A stretch of DNA of 20,000 nucleotides from NCBI GenBank assembly GCA_001724265.1, contig MEDY01000124.1, positions 50,501 through 70,500 on the forward strand, read 5' to 3'. This DNA comes from Rhizaria sp. SCN 62-66 (Eukaryota). Below the pieces are notes generated by a model. The model did not search any database. It was given only the letters and a program-made list of their open reading frames with translations, and was not told where the DNA came from. Shown piece after piece: positions 9,801 through 15,592 of the stretch. The first letter of the stretch is position 1; each line of letters starts with the position of its first letter. Made by a program: the position numbers and the translations under genes.

Positions 9801-12800
9801 GGGCCAGCACACGACCACGGCGGCGAACCTGTACCGCCTGCCGTCGGGCGCCGCCATCGTCGACACGCCCGGCTCGCAGGGCTTCCTCCCCGACCTGCTC
9901 AATGCAGGCATGCTCGGCGTCCCCGGCGGGGCCGCGGGTGGCGAGGCCGCGGCCAGCACGCTGCAGCCCGGCGCGCCCGCCACCGCAGGCTCCGTGTCCA
10001 TGGCGGGTCCTGCGAGCTCGGCGCTAGTCGACGCGCAGGCGCTCGTGGCCTCAGTGGCCGGTTTGGGCAGGCTCTTCCCGGAGATCTCCCGCGCGAGCGC
10101 CTTCTGCCGCCTGGGCAACAAGTGTACGCACGTGCGCGAACCGGGCTGCGCGGTGAAGGAGCTCGTTGGCGTCGGCGCGGACCACAAGGCCGTGACGGTG
10201 TTCGACCTCTACCGCATGGACAAGCAGAGCAACGTATACGTGGCCAAGTTCTGGCAGGACCTCCGGTCGGGCGCGCTGCGGCCGCTGGCGTCGCTGGCGT
10301 CGCCGGACCCCGTGCTGGTGTTCGCCGCCAAGTGGTACCGCGACTGGGACGCCGGGCTGGCCTCGTCGCCGGCGCACAAGCCGCTCGACACGCACTCGCC
10401 CGCCGAGCTCAAGGTCATGGGTCAGCTTGCCGCCGCGACCGAGGCCGGCCGCAAGCTGGGCTCCGCGGCCAACCCCGGCTCGGACAAGCGCGGCGCGCGC
10501 GGCGACGTGGCCCCGCCGCGCGCGGCCGCCGCGATGCGCACCGCGCCCGTCGAGGCGGACTCGGAGCAGGCCATGGCGCTGGCGGGCGTCCCGCTGGGCG
10601 CTAGCGCCGAGGACGCGATGTTCGCCAAGGACGACGAGAAGATCCTCACGGAGCAGATGTCGCCGTCCCCGCAGCGCTTCGCGCAGGCCGCCGCGGCCGA
10701 CGCCGCCGACGCGGCCGCTGCGGCTGGCAAGCCGGATCCCTACGAGGGCTCGAGTCTGCGCAGCCGGCTGCTGGACGAGTCGGTGCTGGCGGCGCAGCGC
10801 GGGGACGCGCCGGGCGCCGACGCGCAGGACAAGGCGGCGCCCCCGCTGGGCGTGACGTCGCCAGAAGTGGTGCGCGAGCTGCTCGAGCGGCGCGCGCGGC
10901 GCGTGGCGCGCGATGTCGCCGAGATGGAGTTCGACCGCGACCTGTCCGCCGCGGAGGCCGCGCTGGACCGCATCGAGCGCGCCGAGGAGCGCAAGAAGCG
11001 CGCCGCGGTGCGGTCTACGGCCGGCATCCGCGGCGATCGCGATATCGAGGCCGATGAGGCTCTGGCCGAGGCCGAGGCCGAGGCCGAGGCGGAGGCGGAG
11101 GCTGCGGCGAAGTCAAAGGCACACGGTGGCGAGGTCGAGGCGTCCGAGGAGCAGCCGCCCAAGTCGTCGATGGCGCGCCTGTTCGCGGACATGGGCCGCG
11201 CGCCGTCGACGCTGGTGCGCATGCCGGGCATTCCCGCCAAGTACTACGCGCAGCAGCGCGAGGCGCAGGCCGCCGTTGACATCATGAACTCGAACCTCAA
11301 CGGCGATCATGATGACGCAGACGGTGGCGATTCCCTGTCGCCGAGCGGCGGCCGGCGCATCACCCCGGAGGCCACTGCCGAGGTCGCGTACGCGGCGCGC
11401 CGCAGCCCGGCTGCCGCCGCCGCCGCGGGCGTGTCCGTCGACCGCATGCGACTCGCGGACCGCGCCGCCGACGGCCGCGTCGTCGTGCGGCCCGTGCACA
11501 GCAAGTTCGACCGCCTGCTTTGGGAGAAGCTCTGGGCCGCGGCCGCCAGCGGCGCCAAGCCCGGCAAGCAGGCCGGCAGCAACACTATAGCCGTGCTCGC
11601 CCCCGCCAACACCTCCCCGACACGCGACGCCGACGCGGCCGCCGACTCCGCCGCGTCTGCCGGCAGCCGCGGCGGCGCGCTGGACGCGGCAGCGGAGCTC
11701 GGCTTTAGCGCCACGGGCCGCATGATGCGCGCGATGGACCGCGCGCGCCAACGCGCCTCCGAGGCCGGCGGCGACGGCGCGGACGCCGGCGTCGTCGTCG
11801 CGGGGGTGAGCCTCGACGCCTATCTGGCGGGCAAGCGCGCCGCCGACGGCGAGACGGTCGTGCTGCCATCACTCGCCGCCCTCGCGCGCGCGGGCTACGC
11901 CACCGCCGCGGACACCGCCGCAGACGGCGGCGCGGCCAAGCCCGGCAAGGGCAAGAGCACGCCGCTGTCGGCGCTGCCCATCGCGGACCCGGACGACGAC
12001 GACTTCGACGCCAACTTCACTGCCGGCGGCCGCGGGCGCACCAAGCGCGAGCGCCGCCTGGCCGCGCAGCAGGCGCAGCGCGACCAGCGCATGCGCGCGC
12101 TGCGCGCAGAGCTCGACCGCGTAGCCGCTGACGTCGAGGCCCAGCCTGCGCCCGTGACTCCCGCGGCTGCTGCGGCTGAGCCGGTGTCCGCGCCGCGCGC
12201 GGTGACCAAGACGTTCACGCCCTCGGCGACCGCTGCGCTGCGCGCGACGGTCGCTGGCGTTGTCCCGCTGCGCCCGCCAACTGCACTGCCAACCACGCAC
12301 GCGCTGCCCGTCACGCTGCACGCAGCGCTGCCGGCACTGGGCGGGCTCAAGCTGCCGACGGCGATGCGCCTGCCCTCGGCGGCTGCACTCCCCGTCGTCG
12401 TTGCCGCCGCCGCGCCGCCGAAGCCCACTGCGGGCGCTGCGGCGGTGAAGGTCGGCGAGTTCGAGGTGGAGGAGAGCGAGACGGAAATGCACGACGAGTC
12501 CCCCTTCTGGCGGATGCCGCGCGTCGCGCCGCTCCAACCCCACCTCAAGCGCGCCCCCGCCCCCGCCGCGGTCGCCACGGAGATCGGGCGCGAGAGCGAG
12601 CGCGATATGAGTGGCGTGCACATCTTCGACTACACGTCAGAGTCTGCGACGAACGCGGACGAGGACGCTGCGGCGCAGAGTAAGGCCGAGCTGAGCATGT
12701 TGAGCGGCCAGCGCGTGCCCGCCGGCGCAGCGCGCGGCCTGATGATTGCGCCCTCGCGCTACGAGAGCTACGTGCGGTTGCGCGGGATCCTCGCGGCGAC

Positions 12801-13365
12801 GACGGAGGCCCTGCGCACGCGCGGCCGGTCCAGCGCTAGCAAGAAGTTAGCCCGCGTGGAGCTGGAGACGGCGGCGGAGCGCGAGAAGGCCGAGATGAAG
12901 AAGTACAAGAAGGTTGCGCTCGCGCGCGCGCTGCGGCACGATAGCCGTGCGTTTGACGCGCTGGTCAAGCAGCAGGCCGCCAAGGAAAACGAGCTGCTGG
13001 GCGAGGGCTTCGACGCGACCGAGACGGTGCGCGCGCGCCTCGCAGTGACGCTGCACAACAGCGGCCAGGCTGTCGGCGCGAGCGCGAAGCAGGTCCGCGA
13101 CAGCGCCAAGAAGGGCCGCAGCGACAAGGTGATGACCGCGGAGCTCCGCACGAGCAGCAGCGGCAACGGCGGCGGCAGCGGCGGCGGCGATGGGGAGAGC
13201 TTCGGCATGGACGGCCACGATGACGCGGAGAAGGTGATGCGCGCGCACACGTACGAGGGCTCGGCTGAGGCCAACGAGGCGCGGGTGAAGCTTGGCGAGC
13301 GCGTGACGGGCATGGTCGGGCAGCGCGCGAATGCGACTGTTAAGTCGCTGCGTGAGAGCAAGTAA
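3871..13365 (+). CDS. rsgA: giant (~3,164 aa) RsgA/YjeQ-family circularly permuted GTPase with large low-complexity insertions and extensions; predicted mitochondrial
   Basis: Uninterrupted ORF; first in-frame ATG at 3871 coincides with the switch to GC-rich coding composition. Motifs in RsgA order: AANADHVVV (9136), G4 NKVD (9262), G5 TSA (9637), G1 GPSGAGKS (9712), G2 GQHTTT (9802), G3 DTPG (9862), Zn finger CRLGNKCTHVREPGC (10105-10149), OB-fold pieces at 8359-8400, 8896-8958 and 9037-9081, and IAPSRYESYVRL at 12745-12780. Confidence 0.9.
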   Translation: MQHRARHLAGALRAAVPAAPALPSSALQSPALASTAGQSRAMSSSSSSSFSSSSSGRGASPRKGSSARMPPTSSADIAQRQFRRPETSVLGRSGGSLNSTTPAEPEGAGESEEEADPALALVQRYLAAGDVAGAEAALAMAVRSTEDRLGLDYVGGAGTPATDAKANTNVHHSLQQQQKQTAKPAKPATTKLSQTAAGANAAKPPVTLTSLMQAAQRAERRGGALAAPVPTQAQLRAEHAAQGERLARGEDFAREQTLHFAALGQRAAMGTEEALRAAARRRAGLPAEEDVDDDIDDDVDDEVDYDENDDVEDGAYDSDGRAGSGSGYDSALDSGADAELGSGVDSAAESGGLMSGYDSDARAADSEVLTRIAEAGRAGRLGKDAEWFDPRRPDALARKREKDAAATANTSASAARRGEVEEDDDVDADASGRESWFDSAMQAASGTEGEQQRSQQQQREQSDAEWQAHARAAMWHKAGSPPSQSPAHPAQLSRPEQAAAAVAATARATGTTVTAPPGEPAFAWPPPRRSLGLSRLMASARPLPSTASAVSGAEGTGASGAGSMSGVAALRQLPTAAARAGVRGATAALEAAMADMAAELAAARTAAAAAAAEAAATGAPAAAPSTAAIARAHAVAAALTELCAGLVADGAADSGLPPPRRAAAAAAGLSLDPAELVREFQAHRGARLEHEVALGADTDGDNGGESVAATVEAVRAPALSAPALPFEPFAPSFARSDSAAALTASAVAAAAPTPRAALLAMSPAAAASALRDDPALLTMLRMLDTAAANEALGAAKGKGARSDKDAAAAAGTQVAVLRALRSVLPATFSRVVATMGARGGRAMARMMQASESAAAAAARRGAAAPDAAAAAKEGARATAALASELRNIAASEGATGAQLPPEVARALGVATPDAEVSPSLTGDSQAHAQTLESDEAAAVRRVAALMATDRDGIVVDLATEERRLALMAVEGLSPAAAAARAINDVHGADSASAADASADGGEVVDEYGVTKEQRQLQAALVQYENMLRRRVMLLEAEKEAQATGAPLIDDLRTLASRIAAVRADVKDRPEDSSLLRRANELYKQLAFVQQTKRTNPTLYYWRKFLANIPRSARADAMAAHELPNNPIAWAIETGEQEAARRAALAAGVPDEESAARQDETDKPRLTPEIVKDALTRLVRLRRDTAALEARIERSVAAGDAAAKLAKREGRPPARAQRESGGTSAAEVELTEHMRFLWSLRADCELATAAIERDTRAEQRALRMREVQRELKLLAGSQVTDAERRVDELQELTRTAMLGRKALRFNVTELAEERDEAAMHGGHVEALVAPSKFRQRANKTVAAGAAGATVAFVDPLLALALAGDDPAAAAAATAGQADAFGSTAGRAMPGSVQEALQLQARAVLASPTAAAASAETAAAAAAAASALPRSEVAHLKAQEALARAAEAEARRTVITAAAQEHILRAAQQEQQAGAPTTAARAKLTLREVAPAAARLLFGRVVGAHGARVLVEQVGTRAYAKHAMYYAGTPVERLLRAVAPRAEDEGEEAAAAAEAVARALDLPGATAAARNADNDGEMAAADAVLGNRLKTSQPTNDADAEADAVAEALEQGASAGAVKAGRRWEAAQRRNNNNIKSQTADAENDEDVDDDNDEELDTDADSATESAVSTYKAGARPLWQCTKSRHMQLLCGDYVLFDPHAARAWSQSAATTAAAVTALGAAADGVVKVVFKRLNELKRGLAVKKRGTVLSQPASSMAANADHVVVLCAAEGQPPLSPFLLDRFIAIGQQANVPVTIVYNKVDLLDTVAAAAEDFEREQARARLLREKKVKNHKLRRQMQREDADADVAVEDDAQLENDGEEEEEWDEEQWEAAEAEDAAQRRLARWVRKRGKESTNGRRTAYLPAEVDALLAAYEQLGHRVIRTSATTGQGVDELRGVLDRFHTSLLLGPSGAGKSSLLNLLLPDTQLRVNRLTVSGQGQHTTTAANLYRLPSGAAIVDTPGSQGFLPDLLNAGMLGVPGGAAGGEAAASTLQPGAPATAGSVSMAGPASSALVDAQALVASVAGLGRLFPEISRASAFCRLGNKCTHVREPGCAVKELVGVGADHKAVTVFDLYRMDKQSNVYVAKFWQDLRSGALRPLASLASPDPVLVFAAKWYRDWDAGLASSPAHKPLDTHSPAELKVMGQLAAATEAGRKLGSAANPGSDKRGARGDVAPPRAAAAMRTAPVEADSEQAMALAGVPLGASAEDAMFAKDDEKILTEQMSPSPQRFAQAAAADAADAAAAAGKPDPYEGSSLRSRLLDESVLAAQRGDAPGADAQDKAAPPLGVTSPEVVRELLERRARRVARDVAEMEFDRDLSAAEAALDRIERAEERKKRAAVRSTAGIRGDRDIEADEALAEAEAEAEAEAEAAAKSKAHGGEVEASEEQPPKSSMARLFADMGRAPSTLVRMPGIPAKYYAQQREAQAAVDIMNSNLNGDHDDADGGDSLSPSGGRRITPEATAEVAYAARRSPAAAAAAGVSVDRMRLADRAADGRVVVRPVHSKFDRLLWEKLWAAAASGAKPGKQAGSNTIAVLAPANTSPTRDADAAADSAASAGSRGGALDAAAELGFSATGRMMRAMDRARQRASEAGGDGADAGVVVAGVSLDAYLAGKRAADGETVVLPSLAALARAGYATAADTAADGGAAKPGKGKSTPLSALPIADPDDDDFDANFTAGGRGRTKRERRLAAQQAQRDQRMRALRAELDRVAADVEAQPAPVTPAAAAAEPVSAPRAVTKTFTPSATAALRATVAGVVPLRPPTALPTTHALPVTLHAALPALGGLKLPTAMRLPSAAALPVVVAAAAPPKPTAGAAAVKVGEFEVEESETEMHDESPFWRMPRVAPLQPHLKRAPAPAAVATEIGRESERDMSGVHIFDYTSESATNADEDAAAQSKAELSMLSGQRVPAGAARGLMIAPSRYESYVRLRGILAATTEALRTRGRSSASKKLARVELETAAEREKAEMKKYKKVALARALRHDSRAFDALVKQQAAKENELLGEGFDATETVRARLAVTLHNSGQAVGASAKQVRDSAKKGRSDKVMTAELRTSSSGNGGGSGGGDGESFGMDGHDDAEKVMRAHTYEGSAEANEARVKLGERVTGMVGQRANATVKSLRESK
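9133..10170 (+). other. RsgA GTPase core plus Cys3His zinc-finger domain
   Basis: Circularly permuted G4-G5-G1-G2-G3 order followed by FPEI...C-x5-C-x-H-x2-EPGCAV, diagnostic of RsgA/YjeQ/CpgA rather than other cpGTPases (RbgA, YqeH/NOA1, LSG1). Confidence 0.95.
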
Positions 13366-13388
13366 GCAAGTAAGCAAGCGAGCAAGCA
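13357..13388 (+). repeat. imperfect 8-bp tandem repeat (AGCAAGTA)2-AGCAAGCG-AGCAAGCA spanning the stop codon
   Basis: Read directly from the sequence; the TAA at 13363-13365 lies inside the array. Confidence 0.85.
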
Positions 13389-14121
13389 ATGAATGATGCA
13401 TGTGAGTGATCACACGCCTGACTGGTAACCAAAGCCACATGCTCACGCGACGACATGCTGTTTGGCGACAATTAAACGCACGTATTTATTATAACTATTC
13501 TTAATAACATTTAAGTTGATGCCTTAGGCTGAGATATGGCCTTTGTGTACGCAATAAACGACGAATCTTTAGTTACGCATAACAGTGAAGTTTGAGTTGA
13601 TATCGACACATATCCAGTCTTAATGACATGTTATTAGCAAGCATACTAGTGAGTTCTATAGCTATATGCGTATTGGTGATGTATACTACTTGTTTGTAAC
13701 AATTTGAACGAAATACAACTCGTTTTGTGAAAATGTGTCAAGCGGTCAGGTTTTGTGGTTGGCTGGTCGATGTATAAGCCTCGATTCAAACTAAGATCAG
13801 AGAATGTAGAGTCCGTTAATATGGACACGGTGCTATCATTAACGTAATCCAGCTGGTTTCTACTTTGTATTTAAGTCTTGCATGTTCACTACTCTATTTT
13901 GAAGCGCTGGGGTCCGGGAAATCTCGCTGATTCCAGAGTCGGGCCTCGTAATGATCAACTCCAAAACCTATGCCTCTAAACGCTTCATTTATCGAAGCAT
14001 CGTCCATTTTTGTTTACCACATATCAATTCTTTTTTCTACGTTGGTATCCTTTCTCAGTTGATTTTATCTTGCCTCTTTGTACCTTCTTTTCCTTCTTCC
14101 TCATCAGAGCATTCCGTTGGG

Positions 14122-15108
14122 ATGCAGCCGCACCACAACTGGAGCAGGCCACCCCCCGGTGGCAACAACTACGGCACGCCCCAGTTCCCCCACCCGGGCG
14201 CGCCCCACCCACCTTCCGGCTTGCCGCAGCACTACGCCTCCGGCCCCGCGCATGCGCACGCGCAGCATACGCCGCCGCAGTTCGGCGTCTCCCCGCCCCG
14301 CCACCACTACCACGGCGACCACAGCTACAGCCAGCAGCAGCCCCAGCAGCAGCAATACCAGCAGCAGTATCCGCCGCAGCCGCAGCATCACGGCGGGCCC
14401 CCGCGCCGCGACTACGGGGACCGGCCTGACTCGTACCCGCGCCGCAACGACCGCCAGAGCACCGCCAACTCTCACGGGTACGGCGCCGGGTACGGCGGCG
14501 GCTCCGGCGGCGGCGGCTACGGGGGTGGTCACAACCAGCAGAGCCAAGGCTTCGGAAGCCAGCGCCAGCAGCAGGGCGACGGCCAGGGCCACGGCCGCCA
14601 CAGCGCCAGCCCCGGCGGTCACAGTGGTCGTGGCGGGTATGACAACCACAACGGCCACCGCGGCGGTCGCGGCGGCGGCGGCGGCGGCGGCCGTGGCGGC
14701 GGCGGCGGCGGCGACGGCAGGCGCGGCGGGCGCGGCACCGGCGGTGCTGGCGGCGGCGGCGGGATTCGGCTTGAGGGCGGGCGCTCGCTGGCGCTGCCGA
14801 GCATGGCGCAGGACCCCTGGCTGCGGCACGGGCTGCTGACGGCAGACCGCGTGCGCACGCTCGACGCAGAGTGGACGGCGCGCAAGGCCGCCGGCGCCGG
14901 GGCCGTCGCGCACGCGCTCGGGACGCTGCCCGTCGCCGCGGCGACTGGGACCGCGACGGCTGGGGCGCGGGACGCGCGCGGGCAGAGTCAGCAGGCGGCT
15001 GCTGTCGCTCCTGTTGTGGCTGTTTCTGCGACTGCAGTGACGGAAGGGGGTGGCAAGGATGCGAGTGGGGAGATTGAGCTGGATATGTACGACATGTTCC
15101 AGACATGA
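14122..15108 (+). CDS. 328-aa Gly/Gln/His/Pro/Tyr- and RGG-rich disordered protein, possibly MPLKIP/TTDN1-like
   Basis: ATG at 14122 marks the onset of GC-rich coding composition. Prion-like N-terminus, RGG/GGC repeats, then PSMAQDPW (14797-14820) resembling the PSMLEDPW signature of MPLKIP/TTDN1; acidic C-terminal GEIELD. The CDS is well supported; the family call is tentative. Confidence 0.72.
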   Translation: MQPHHNWSRPPPGGNNYGTPQFPHPGAPHPPSGLPQHYASGPAHAHAQHTPPQFGVSPPRHHYHGDHSYSQQQPQQQQYQQQYPPQPQHHGGPPRRDYGDRPDSYPRRNDRQSTANSHGYGAGYGGGSGGGGYGGGHNQQSQGFGSQRQQQGDGQGHGRHSASPGGHSGRGGYDNHNGHRGGRGGGGGGGRGGGGGGDGRRGGRGTGGAGGGGGIRLEGGRSLALPSMAQDPWLRHGLLTADRVRTLDAEWTARKAAGAGAVAHALGTLPVAAATGTATAGARDARGQSQQAAAVAPVVAVSATAVTEGGGKDASGEIELDMYDMFQT

Positions 15109-15592
15109 GCTTTCAAGTTCTATTGCTGAAGGTTATTGCGATCCAAGTGTTCTTAAGACGAACTGTTCATGCCATACAAAGCGAGTGGCCTTAGTAACGG
15201 TGTTGCGTCAGCAGATACAGCAGGATACGTCGCGAAAACTAAGGTCCTTTAGGTGTCCACGATTATGTCAAGATATAATCAGGCCGAATATGTATATAAA
15301 TACAATACGCTCTCTAGTTTTCGCCGAGTTCCGCTTGGTGCACTGCGCTTACAGTCGTTTTGAGCACCCACTGCTACTGCAGTCCGTTCTCAGCCAACTG
15401 GCCAGGGAAACGGCAGTTCAAACGGCATTGACTGTAACGCAATTGAAACATCGTGAAATCTAAATGGGGCAAGTTTTTCTGAATTAAAAAGCTGCTATTT
15501 ATTTATTTTATATTTTGAAATTTCTATCATCATGCTAATTCTCCTGTTCTTACCAACCTCACTCATCCTTCTTTTCACTTCTCCAGAGAGCG

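Noticed and set aside
10171-12744. Intein or mobile element as the source of the large RsgA insertions
   Set aside because: No intein-like Cys/Ser start with His-Asn end, no homing endonuclease or transposase motifs, no terminal repeats; low-complexity host-like codon usage.
13389-13445. SECIS-like or regulatory hairpin after the RsgA stop
   Set aside because: Only short imperfect stems, no apical AA motif, and no in-frame TGA in the gene.
13951-14121. Hydrophobic N-terminal extension of ORF 13951..15108
   Set aside because: Translation of a pyrimidine-rich UTR/intron-like tract; coding composition begins at ATG 14122.
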